DNA of 62,055 nucleotides, counting the filler, from Circinaria calcarea (Eukaryota), in the NCBI GenBank assembly GCA_051942165.1. It is 18 parts of 18 records of this genome, joined end to end, with 100 filler letters (N's around TTAATTAATTAA, not from the genome) between each part and the next. Parts side by side here need not be neighbours in the genome. Positions count along the whole stretch, not along the records: positions 34,610 to 37,958 come from JAVECS010002879.1; positions 38,059 to 41,406 come from JAVECS010002880.1; positions 41,507 to 44,852 come from JAVECS010002881.1; positions 44,953 to 48,298 come from JAVECS010002882.1; 14 more parts are not named here. One strand, 5' to 3'. Shown here piece after piece: positions 36,556-48,298 of this stretch (position 1 is the first letter of the stretch; every line of letters begins with the position of its first letter). A program made the position numbers and the translations under genes. The notes under the pieces are model-generated. The model was not told the DNA's origin. It did no database searches and saw nothing but the letters and a program-made list of their open reading frames with translations.

Positions 36556-37052
36556 TGTGTGAAGATTGAGATAAATTAATATAATTTGCTTGGATGCCGG
36601 ACATCCGTCATATGCGACACGGGATTGTTTGGTTGGTACACTCTTATCCGGCGAGCGGGGGATTTTTTTTTTTGGTGGCAGCGTGCACTCAATATACATA
36701 AGATGATATATACCCCGGGGGACGACCTGCATTCCTCTTCTGGTTCGGCGCCGGGTTGGGAGGATAGGGGGCCAGGCAATCCGAAGGGCAATCGAACCTA
36801 TGTACACTAACAAACCATCTTATCCAAACTTGCTTGTACGTCAGCCATACTGAAAGGCAGACCTATTCTCTGTAATGACATCCCCTGGACGAATGCCTCG
36901 TACTGGTTTTTAAGAGCCTAGGCGTATTGATGTTCTTTATATCTTGATTTCCCCTGATTGAATCCCAAGACCAAATACAGGGGTTAGCCTTCGCCTATCA
37001 GCGTGCGATCTTCGAGACTCGAGACTGAGCCAATTAAGTAAATAGTCTCATC

Positions 37053-37958
37053 ATGCGCACTTCCCGCATTTCCCAAGAGACTTCCAAGATCGTCCAGGCT
37101 CTGTCGCCGTCCACGAAGCTGCTTTCACAGCGCCGTACCCGATCCTTTGCAGTCTCTCCAGCTCCCCCGGCCGCAAATGCCTCTTTCCCCATCACGACCG
37201 TAAAGCCGCCTGAAGGAAGTAGCGAGCACGATGACGACTCCTCCTCCCTCTCCTCCGTCCCCTCGGACGTCTCCTTTGACATTGAAGATCCTCCCCCGTC
37301 ATTGCACTTACCGTCCCCCACTCGAAAGCGAAAGCGGAAAGCAGGCACCGGCGGCCCTTCGACGACCACCGTCACCAGCACTTCTACCAGCGTAACCACA
37401 CCTACTTCGCCCCGGAAGCTCGGTATCAAAGACGAGGAGGACGCGGACCGGAAGGTGAAGAAAGCGCGTCGGCGGCCGGCGAAGAAGGTCGTCAACGATG
37501 GCGGAGAGGTGGAGATTCACCCGCCGGCCCATTGGGAGGAAATCTACGATGCGGTGAGGGAAATGCGGAAGACGGCGCTGGCGCCGGTGGATACGATGGG
37601 CTGTGAGACGCTGGCAGAGGAGTATTTGACGCCCAAGGTATTCCGAAAAGCCCAGCGTTGCCCCTTAGCTACGGATGAGAATTGCATCGCTAAACAACAC
37701 TTGCTAGGACAAACGCTTCCAAACCCTCATTGCCCTCATGCTCTCCTCCCAAACTAAAGACACCACCAACGCCCTCGCCATGCGTGCCCTGCAAACCGCT
37801 CTCCCTTCGCCGGGCCTCACCCTCGCCAGCATCCTCGCCGTCGACCCGGCCACCCTCAACCAGCTCATCTTCCCCGTCGGCTTTCACAATAACAAGACCC
37901 GCTATATCAAAGCCACGGCGCTCATCCTACGCGACCGGTTCGCCGGCGATATCCCGGA
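37053..37958 (+). CDS. NTH1: Endonuclease III-like DNA N-glycosylase/AP lyase (Nth1/Ntg1), 3' truncated
   Basis: [37 protein letters not shown] and GDIP. Intron 37638-37707. Confidence 0.92.
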
Positions 37959-38058
37959 NNNNNNNNNNNNNNNNNNNNNNNNNNNNNNNNNNNNNNNNNN
38001 NNTTAATTAATTAANNNNNNNNNNNNNNNNNNNNNNNNNNNNNNNNNNNNNNNNNNNN

Positions 38059-38286
38059 GGCACTACAGCCGTGGCGGAGGACATTGGCCGGCAGATTGTT
38101 ACTACGGGTCGACGCATGAGCCCGGAGGAGGTGGAAAGAGTTGTTGGACAGATCTCGGAAAAAGATGTCATGGACTTTGCACGCCGGAAGCTTTGGGACG
38201 AAGATATAGCTATCAGTGCCGTGGGCAGCATCGAAGGCTTATTAGATTACAACAGGATCAGGAACGACATGAGCCGGAATGCATAA
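38059..38286 (+). CDS. MAS1: Mitochondrial processing peptidase beta subunit, C-terminus
   Basis: GTTAVAEDIGRQIVTTGRRMSP..KLWDEDIAISAVGSIEGLLDYNRIR. Confidence 0.9.
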   Translation, partial: GTTAVAEDIGRQIVTTGRRMSPEEVERVVGQISEKDVMDFARRKLWDEDIAISAVGSIEGLLDYNRIRNDMSRNA

Positions 38287-39420
38287 AAGCATTGGTTGTA
38301 AGTTATAGAAATCCGTGCGGGCTCAGGCATCCCCGGTTATGTAATTAGCTGGAAGTGAAAGTTTTCTTTGTTCAGAACTGCAACGTCGACTGATAGCGAT
38401 TTTAATTTGGATTAACTCGTTCAATGAAACTGCCGAGTACTAAAACAAAAAGGTTTTTCCATTACATGTACGTGTCTGTACACCTTGGTATTTTAGCTTT
38501 ACACCCCTATATATGAATTCTAACCTCAAATAATATATTTCACTAACCTGCTCACCCCCTAAACCCTCAACTACTTTAGCCATCTTAAATTTTTCAACAT
38601 CTACTCAGAATTAAGCGGTGATGTTGTATATGACGTTCTATTTCATTATCAGCTAAATCAACATACCAGGCCTGTGTTTCGAGCTATTTGATATCGGCTG
38701 ATCAAGCTGCTATCGCTTCGTTATTCAAACTTGAAAGATCGGGTGTGCTTCGTTAATTGGTGGGCATTTGAAGTAAGCTGAGAACCGCGGCCTTACTCGG
38801 GAATACGTGGGTGCTCTGCGGGACGCCTGTATATAATCTACGGGCAGAGGCGAAATTCAAGGACAGGCTAGGCCCTCCGTTCGCGGCTTCGCCTATGATC
38901 ACGCGTCGAAATACCACTGCTCAGATAAATGCATATATGGATGCCCATGATATGGACAAGTCAGACCCAATAAGAAGTGGTACAGCTCCTTCACGTCTAC
39001 AAGAGGAGCAGGTTAGCGATTGGGTTCATGCTGAAAAGGATAGGGGGAGCCTCCGTTCCCAAGCCAGCTATCATACAGATCAATAAGGCGCGTATCGGGA
39101 AAGGCAAAACGATCTCGGGCACGTGGGAAGAGGAAGTCAGTCAGTCATAGTAGCCAGCTCGAAACCCGAGAGTATCTAAGTTCAACAGTTGCTGATGGTT
39201 GCACTATGGCAAAGATGCCAAAAGAGGCCCGACAACACAACGGCTAAAGGGCCAACTCAATAAAGGAATCCAGAGAAAATTAGTACATGACTTTTTATAT
39301 AAATAAATCCTTGGTTCGTACTCAAATTGGGTGATCTGAACGATCTCGTCCAACTGAAATTACTCGAGTACGATGTGGAAGTCTGTACCTTCAGGGCTCC
39401 CCTTTTTCCCCTAATATTTA

Positions 39421-40429
39421 GGGGGTTTAGCTACTATGGTCGCAAAGGGAAATGTTGTTTGTTTTGCAAGAAGGTGAGGCAGAAGTTTTAAGCACCTATA
39501 TGGGAACGACCGGATCCGCCATGGAAGAGCCCACAAAGGCTCAATTGGCGACAATGACGCCCAACCAATTGAACGAATACATCGAGAGGCGAGACAATCA
39601 GTTGGCAGATAGTATGAGGAAAGGTAAGGCCAAGATCGAGAGGAATAGGGCCTTGTATACTCGGATGGTGGAAGCCAGAAGAAAGGTTATGAGCGGGGAT
39701 ACCGGACAGGCGGTACTGGACAAGGAAGGTGTCGACATCAGCGGATGGGATGGCGAGGATATCGAGCGGTGGGCTAGGGACTTCGCCAATCAATGGTTTA
39801 CGGTCCCAGGGTTCCATAGCAACGAAATGATGTTCGATGAAGGACCCGTTGAGCGCCGAGGGCATCGCCCCTTTTTGAAAAGCTGGGGGGGACCTGTCAC
39901 GGGGTCCCCCCCGCGACTTCCACGGAAGGACCGAGGTCCGGGGGGATATGTATAGAAAAGATAGTAGTTTTGGCATAGGGAAAACCAAGCAATCTTGACC
40001 ACACAACAATGGTAGCATTTCGTTTTTGCTACCATGGTCGGATGGGAAATTATTCATAGCTCGGCGCTAAAGTCACCAGAATCCTTACTCAGACTATTAA
40101 AAATTTTCAGGTATTTTAAATCCATTTCCTATTCTGATTGGTTCAAAGGGTATGTAGACAAAATATTAGAAGTAAATAATAAAGCTTTTCCAGAGTCTAG
40201 CCTGTTTCAGTTAGACTCTGGAAAGAACTCTGTTGGGTTATATCTAATCCCCAAAGGGAAGTGAATTCATGATGATATTAGTAGTAGAATAGTCGTAACT
40301 GTAGTAAGAAGAACGGAAGAATAAAATATCTGAAAAAAGTCAGCGCAGGTGTAATGACTTGGGGTGAGGATTTTAATGGCTTAGCGCCGAGCTAAACACC
40401 ATTTTCCCCTATGACCATAGTAAACCTCC
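39421..40429. mobile_element. Possible degenerate TIR element (about 1 kb)
   Basis: 39421-39460 versus the reverse complement of 40394-40429 match at 29/36 aligned positions with a 4-nt gap, mostly transitions. TA on both flanks. Confidence 0.4.
39499..39955 (+). CDS. Orphan intronless ORF (about 150 aa), function unknown
   Basis: GC-richer open frame with helical, charged, protein-like composition inside AT-rich flanks. No motif recognised. Confidence 0.45.
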
Positions 40430-40653
40430 TAATTGCTCCTATTCGATTACTCTCACTTGTAGTTTTGATGTGTTTCTCGCACGGAGAGCTCTCAATAGAG
40501 ACCGTCTCCTGTGCAGTTTATAAGACGGATTAGCTTAGCTTCAATTGATGCTTTCGCACTTGGAACCTATGCCAGCCTTGACTGATTACAATAGGGTGTA
40601 ACAGTGGTGATGAACCGAATCTACAATGCGGGCAAGCCCCTCCACGACCACAA

Positions 40654-41406
40654 TCAAACCCCTTTCGTCCGCTCCATATGTTCTAGCCTAATGCTTACGG
40701 CCCTCCGATGTGCCTCCAGCTGCTCCACTTTGGCCAACTGCATCACAGCCCCACTGACATTTTGCAGTCCTTCCTTTGTCAGGTTCGAGCTCGTAATATG
40801 TTTTGTGAATGAAGATAGGTTGACCCCGGAGTACTGTTTGGCATAACCGTATGTTGCTGTCCACAACCTCGAATCAGTACCATCTTTCGAAAAACCTCAA
40901 TGAGAGAGAAGCACGAAATACTTACGCAACGAATGATTAACCCCAGCCGAATAGTCGCCCACACTTTCGGGCGTCCAAGCGCCCACGAATACACTCCCCG
41001 CGTTCTGAACCATCGCCACCGCATCTTCGGCGTTCTCTATCTGCAGGATCAAATGTTCGGGTGCGTACTCGTTACTCAATCTCATCGCCTCGGTAATGTT
41101 CTCCACCACAAGAGTCACCGAGTGCTCAATGGCCCCTCGTACGATATCCACCCGTGGCAGGGCATTAGCTTGATTATGCAGCTCATCCTCGATCGCCCTA
41201 AGCTGGTCTTCGTCAAGTGCCACAGCTATCAGTATCACCTGTGAGTCTGTCCCATGCTCGGCTTGGCTTAGCAAGTCAGATGCCACAAAGGCAGGGTTGG
41301 CAGTCCTATCGGCAATCACGAGGACTTCACTTGGTCCCGCAGGCATATCGATACTGACGCCCGCAGTGGTATCGTTGGAAACCCACATTTTGCCCGCTGT
41401 GACGAA
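40654..41406 (-). CDS. HIS4: Histidinol dehydrogenase domain of trifunctional His4 (his-3), 5' truncated
   Basis: IDMPAGPSEVLVIAD, SDLLSQAEHG, YAPEHL, PESVGDYSAGVNHSL|PTYG and EQLEAH. Confidence 0.95.
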
Positions 41407-41506
41407 NNNNNNNNNNNNNNNNNNNNNNNNNNNNNNNNNNNNNNNNNNNNTTAATTAATTAANNNNNNNNNNNNNNNNNNNNNNNNNNNNNNNNNNNNNN
41501 NNNNNN

Positions 41507-41645
41507 GACAACAGACTGTTTCGGGGCCATTCAGTCAAGTGGAAGCGCCCGCGTGCAGATCTTCGGCGACATCATGTTCAAGTCGCAATTCGTCGTGTTC
41601 AACAACGGAAACAACAGTATCGGAGCTGCGCCCCACTCTGATTAG
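41507..41645 (+). CDS. Pepsin-family (A1) aspartic protease, C-terminus
   Basis: CFGAIQSSG..QIFGDIMFKSQFVVFN..IGAAPHSD-TAG. Confidence 0.85.
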
Positions 41646-43413
41646 GGTAATACGCACTAATTACCGGGCTGCTTTTGCGAGGAGGCCTTCGAATCCATTT
41701 GCCCTGTGTGTTAAAAAAAGATTAGACCCAGTAGATGGAGGTGGCGGTATGAGGGCCGAAAAGTGTTGTTTACCCGCTTGCTCCAGTTCTTGTTGATAGT
41801 ACCAAGCATCCCAGATAGATGTTGACCTTGAACGAATCTGTTTTCTTGTGCCTCACTTGGCAATATGCCCCTTTTGCTCGGTCCAAGGTATCATTACCTC
41901 CCTCATATGACCTCAGTGAATATATATGGCGTAGGTGTATGTAAGGAAAGATTTTCTGATTCCTTCCGAGGAGTTTGACCTTGAAAATAAGGATTTTACC
42001 GAACCCACAATGTACGACACCCTCTCCATTGCCTGATCTGATAAAAAGAGTTGACAGGGAATTCGTCGGACAAATTGATGTTTGCAGTTGAATGATAATT
42101 CTGCCGCTGGAGATGGGAGATTGCGTGTGTATACCTTAGCTATCGTCCGGCCCGTCTGAATGAATCCTCTGAGATTGTAGCGGCTTAAGGCCTGCCGTTA
42201 TAGATTCTACCGGTGATCTACCCAGTGCGGAAAGTGATGCTCTCGTTGAGAGTTCCGTAACTTGAGGTCTAGCGGCTAGTAAATTGCCCGATTGTGGTTG
42301 CCCTGCAGGGTTAAGCTCTCGCTACCATAGGTGCAAAGTCACCGCTAGCTGTTTGGGGAAATGTCTTGTGGTAGAGCAATTTGCACGCGTCAGCAGCACC
42401 TCTCCTTGATTGGTCCAACTACGCATTGAAGATGACAATGATGGTGATCGAGCGGTGGTGTCGAGGTACCGGAAGCATCGCTACTTCCAGAAATACACAC
42501 AAACTCATTGAATTATCTATGGATACCCATCATACAAACCTAACTTCACAATCTCTTGAAATATAAACCACCGTTGGAAAAACTATAGGAGGAGCCTTCC
42601 ATACTACAAACAATCATACATTCTTTTCTACTACGACTTTCTATGCCTCTTCAGGGGGCCGACATTGTGGTTGTGTAACTTGACTAAAACGGGGGGACTT
42701 GAGCTCCCCACTCTGCTCATTTCCATCTAGTGCTATACGCCGGACTCACTGGTCATGTATACCGATGGTATTAGGTCTATTAAACACTATTCGAGCAGCA
42801 GAGATTTCGGTTGCTGCAATTGCGTCGAGACTGCTGTGATGAACAGAATACCCGTTGCCGTATAACCTTCTGGTACTGCTATCTCTCAACCGTTCCTGAC
42901 GCAGATACAATGGCGCCTTTCAGCAGTCATTTTGCGCTGTTCTTTCAGGTTCAATCGCCTTATGCCCTGATTATGCAAGCGAGAAACTAGAGGAGATAGT
43001 GGTATGCGACGGTTATAACTTCCCTTCCATTTCGGGTGGCAAGCCCGCTAAACTCCTTTTTTTCTTCAGGATTGTATTTCCACTCTCAATGCAGGTCGAG
43101 CCAGACCCGCCTCGGTATCGGACCTGGGTGACTCGACTCGAGATGCCGGATAGAATCCACGCCGCGTCCACATTCGCTACAAGGGTGGCAAGAGGGAAGA
43201 AGACGCGTGATTAATCGGACTTGCATCGCTACCAGTTTTCTCACGGAGTATGCCGAGCTCAACACTGTCAGTGAATGTGGGAGATGGATCCCCATACAGT
43301 ACAAAAAGCACCTGTGCCCAGCCTCGTCTTGTTGCATCGTATCTCTATTCCCACCGTCCAAGCCCATCTAGGAGCCAAGGCATTCTACTGTCTTGGGCCT
43401 GTCAAGGTCTTCT

Positions 43414-44852
43414 ATGGTTCAGATGTCCTTCAAGGCTTTCCTTCACGCCGTAGGACTGTGTTTCCTGCTCGCCCTCCCAGCTCTTGCTGCCGTTCTCCAC
43501 GAGCAACTGGCCGCCGTCCCTGCTGGATGGCAATCCATCCATACCCCTGCTGACAGCAGCACGATAGTATTACAGATTGCACTGCAACAGCAGAATCTCG
43601 ACCAGCTGCATTCATTGATCTATGCCGTCTCTACTCCCGGTAACACCGACTATGGTAACCACATGGATCGGGACGACGTTACTGCCCTCTTGCAACCATC
43701 GCGCGAGGCCAACACTGCTGTGTTGAACTGGCTCAAGCAAGCTGGTGTGACCAATGTTTACAGCGACGGGCATTGGGTTAGCTTCGTCACGACCGTGGGC
43801 ACCGCCAACCAGCTACTCAACACCCAATTCAGGTACTATGAAAATGGCGGCGTCAGAAAATTACGGACGACACGGTATTCAGTTCCGGAGATTCTCACCA
43901 AGCACATAGACCTCATTACGCCCACCACTTATTTCGGAAGGATTGGTGTCCCCAAGCCCGTGAGGCAACTCAAGGAGTCCATTGCTGCTCGTCAGGTTGG
44001 TGCTAATTGTACTGATGTGATCACCCCAGAATGTATCAAGGAGTTGTACAAGATCAACTACACTCCAGATTCAAAGTCCGGGAGCAGGATTGGCTTTGGC
44101 AGTTTCCTCAATGAGTCTGCTAGCATCTCGGATCTTTACCTTTTCGAAGCGAACAATGCGATCCCCCGACAAGGGTTTTCAGTCGAACTCATCAACGGGG
44201 GTGTCAATGACCAGACAACTACTAGCATCCGTGCGGAAGCCAATCTTGACGTCCAGTACATAATCGGAGTCAGCCATCCCTTGCCTGTTACTGAATACAT
44301 AACAGCGGGGTCACCGTGAGTATTCGATGATATTACTTCGGTTTTGGTGTACCTAACTGAAGCTTACTCGCAGTCCCATTATTCCAAATCTCGAGATAAC
44401 TCCCGAGCACAACACTAATGAACCATACCTGCCTTATTACCGGTATCTGCTCTCAAAGACAAACAGCCAGCTGCCACAAGTGATTTCGAATTCGTATGGT
44501 GACGATGAACAGGTGAGTGATCCTTGAGGATTCCGGAGGAAGTATCCAGTTGCTGACTGAAAGGGCTTGCACAGTCTGTGCCCATCAAGTATGCTCACCG
44601 AGTTTGCAACATGATTGGACAATTGGGACTGCGAGGAATTTCCGTTCTTGAATCTTCGGGAGATACTGGTATGGTTTCTCCTTATTCTATGTCTCTTAAC
44701 GCTCATACTCTACTAACAACTTCATGTTGCAGGAGTTGGGGCGCCTTGCCAGTCTAATGATGGGAAGGAGACGCCGCAATTCACCCCAATATTTCCTGCC
44801 ACGTGCCCTTTCATCACCGCCGTGGGTGGCACGCAGTCAATTTACCCAGAAA
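43414..44852 (+). CDS. Secreted sedolisin (S53) tripeptidyl peptidase, 3' truncated
   Basis: Signal peptide, propeptide VSTPG..YG, catalytic [23 protein letters not shown] and [14 protein letters not shown]. Confidence 0.93.
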
Positions 44853-45354
44853 NNNNNNNNNNNNNNNNNNNNNNNNNNNNNNNNNNNNNNNNNNNNTTAA
44901 TTAATTAANNNNNNNNNNNNNNNNNNNNNNNNNNNNNNNNNNNNNNNNNNNNGGAGGGGGATCGAACAATTTGTCCTTCCAACAGGTTCTGGACTTGGGA
45001 GAGGAACTGGTCGGCCATTGCGAGGGAAGAGTAATTTTGTCCGCTCGGCGGTTTCCGTTTTTACATGGGATTCTTTTCTGTAGGCGTTGGCAAGAGGAGC
45101 GCGGAGTGAGCCCTTTTGTCACGGTTGACCGATTCAGCCCTATCGAGCGAGAATCTATGGTACGGTTGCCAGAGATCGGGTTGTTCTAGGCATAAACCAA
45201 AGGGGTCGACCGTAAATTTTCAAAAAGCCCCACACCCCGCGGCTTGGATAGTTTAGATATCTCGAAATTATAAAAAATAGAAATCCACAGGCTGCGTTAC
45301 GCCAAATTGCAAGCGATACTACACGCAGGGGCTTAGGATTTAATATCAAGCTCA

Positions 45355-47325
45355 ATGGGTTCAAACAAGTATTGTACCCCCGTCTCAAATGGCGCAAAAC
45401 TAACAGCTACCAGGAAAGCTCTACTCATAGGCAAGCAGCAGCGACCTCCAATATCTCGGAACCGTTGATATTAATATGGGTCTATTCAAGGAGCCGGCTT
45501 TGTAGCAAAGCCTACAGCCCAGGATCTGAGTGATGCTGGAATTGAGGTCATCGTTGGTATTGCTCCGAAGCACAATGGAGCAGAGCGTCATGCTGATCTG
45601 GCTGTTTCCCAGGCTGCCGTACATTGACCGACGCACAAGCCTTCTGTAAGGGTATCGCCAACGCCCGAGCAATCCACCTCGACGTTAAGAAAGGAGACCT
45701 TCTCGACGCGGAGGTAGCCAAAGTAGACGTCGTTATCTGCTTAGGACCCTACACACTCCATGCAGATGTCATAAAGAGCGCTGTCAAGAACAAGAGGAAT
45801 GTCGTAACGACGAGTTATGTCAGCGAGTCCATGATGGCACTGGAAAAGGATGTTAAGGATGCGGGTATCACCGTTATGAATGAGATTGGACTGGATCCAG
45901 GCATTGACCACCTATACGCTGTAAGTCACAAACCAGGTTTGGCTGGATTTCGAGTTTGACCTTGCCAGGTTAAAACCATCGATGAGGTCCATAAGGCCGG
46001 GGGAAAGATCACAAGTTTCCTAAGCTACTGCGGAGGGCTCCCTGCGCCAGAAGATAGCGGGAATGTTCTAGGCTATAAATTCTCCTGGAGCTCCAGGGGG
46101 GTCTTGCTTGCTCTGCGGAATCCTGCCAAGTAAGTGTCAGTCAATGTATATTTTGTGCCATACTCTTATAACATACAGGTACTATCTGGATGGGAAGATC
46201 GTTGAAGTCTCCGGGCCCGAGCTGATGGGCACCGCCAAACCCTATCACATATATCCAGGTGCGCCGATTCTTTCGAAGGCGGGCTGATTTTGCAATACTT
46301 ACTGACATGACAGGTTTTGCATTCGTCGCCTATCCGAACCGAGACTCTACACCATACCGAGAACGCTATAACAGTAAGCCACACAAATATTCTAGATGTA
46401 GGCCAGTGGGGGTTAGCTAACGTCCGCGCTCGATAGTCCCTGAAGCTCAAACGGTCATCAGAGGAACATTACGATATGGCGGCTTCCCAGAGGTATTTCC
46501 ACGATTCTTCGAAGCACTCCGAACCGCTAATAGATAAACTAGGTTATTCGAGTATTAGTTGATATCGGATTTCTCTCGGACGAGCCCATGGATTTCCTAG
46601 CCGCCAGCTCTGCCGGCAAGGCTCCAACCTGGGCTGAAACCACAGCCAAGGTTATCCACGCATCATCGACATCGGAACAAGACCTTGAATCGGCCATCTC
46701 ATCCAAGACTAAATTCCGTAATGATGAGGAGAAGAATCGCATTCTCAAGGGACTGCGCGACTTGGGTCTCTTCTCGGACCAGTCTGTAACACCCCGGGGC
46801 AACCCGCTAGATACGCTGTGTGCCAATCTAGAGGAGAAACTAAAGTTCGAGAAAGGCGAGCGAGATTTTGTGATGCTTCAACACAAGTTTTCAATCCTCT
46901 GGCCGGATGGGAGTACGGAGGAGCGAACGAGTACGCTATGTGAACATGGCGAGCCAACCTCAGAGACGTCACGGTCCGCTATGGCAAAGCTGGGTAGGAT
47001 CTATACTCGTTGGGTAGGTGGAGCTTTGCTGACAAAGGTATAAGTTGGGATTCCGTGTGCTGTGGCCGTCAAGATGGTGCTGGACGGAAGGATATCGGAG
47101 AAGGCAAGTGTTCCATGTGGTTTCTTCGACTCAAGTCCTGACGGTGCTTTTCCAGGGCATCCTCGCTCCACTGACCCCAAAGCTAACTGAGTATGTGTCT
47201 TTGCTGATCATTTGAATCTCCGCGGTAGCTAATAATTGAATAGACCACTTATTGAGGAACTCAAGAAGTACGGCATCGAGATGAAGGAGAAGACTGTGTC
47301 TATTAGTCTCGCGGAGAAGAAGTGA
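45355..47325 (+). CDS. LYS9: Saccharopine dehydrogenase (NADP+, L-glutamate-forming)
   Basis: LLIGAGFVAKP, NVVTTSYVS, MNEIGLDPGIDHLYA, SYCGGLPAP, YKFSWSSRGVL, AYPNRDS, GERDFVMLQHKF and SAMAKLVGIPC. Many introns, two with GC donors. Confidence 0.95.
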
Positions 47326-47476
47326 GACTATGCCGATGGGACAGTATCAATGATTGAAGAATCTCCAAGGTTGGTAGTATGTAGCGAAAGCCTTTGGCGC
47401 TTATGGGTTCACCATCATTAAGAGTTTTCGACGTCAGTACGGAGCAGCAAGAAGGAAAGGGCCTTTAGACCATTGA

Positions 47477-48298
47477 CTACTCCGTTCTTCTCTCTTTCCA
47501 TAGCCGTTCAATGGCTAAACGTGTACCTTCAACAATAAGGCGATGCTCCACCGTATGCATTCTTGACTCCAGATCCTCTAGGCACTCATCTTTTCTCAGT
47601 TCGACCTCTTCCGTAATGATTGGCTCCCCGCAGTCGACTTCTCCTGTAAGGTCATCAGTCACCAGATTCCTTGTAGAGACGGTACAAACTTCAAGTTCAC
47701 AATGGCCTTGACGGGGCAGGCGTAAGCCAAACATACTGATGACATAATGAACCATCACCCCCGTCCTCGCCAACGCCCCCTGCCTTCCCTTCTCCCATGC
47801 CCGCTCAATCGCTCCCGCTCCGTTAAACTCGCCCGGCAAGGCCGGATGCAGATTAATCACCGGTACTCGCGCTGCGTCCAACGGAGCCAGGAACGCCGGC
47901 GAGAGGATATGCATCCAGCCCGCGCAGACGACGAGATCCGGTCCGTCGGCCAAGATCAAGGCGGCGAGACGGGCGTCGTAGGCTTCCCTGGCCTCGGGGC
48001 CGACTTTTTGCGAGGGGGAGGCCGAAGGGTGGGTTTTGGTGTAGGGGAGGATGTTGTGGTAGTGGGTGGGGATCGAGGCGGTGGAGGCGCGCTCGAGGCC
48101 TTTGGCGGCTTTGCGGTTGGAGATGACGCGGGTGATTGTGGTATTGGGGAGGGTTGAGATGGGGGTGGTGGTGGTGGAGGTGGTGGCGTCGATGAGGGCT
48201 TGGAGATTGGTGCCGTTTCTGGGCCGGGGGGACGTTTGTTAGGGTGGGATGGATGAGATGGGATGGGGTGGGGTGAGAACTGGATGTTTGTGAAACCT
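47477..48298 (-). CDS. ADE8: Phosphoribosylglycinamide formyltransferase, 5' truncated
   Basis: NGTNLQALID, VISNRK, DLVVCAGWMHIL, INLHPALPG, TGVMVHYVI, VDCGEPI and EHRLIV. Confidence 0.93.

Noticed and set aside
38059..48298. Apparent biosynthetic cluster HIS4, LYS9, ADE8 plus proteases
   Set aside because: The genes lie on three different contigs. Adjacency across spacers is an artefact, and only LYS9-ADE8 are truly linked.
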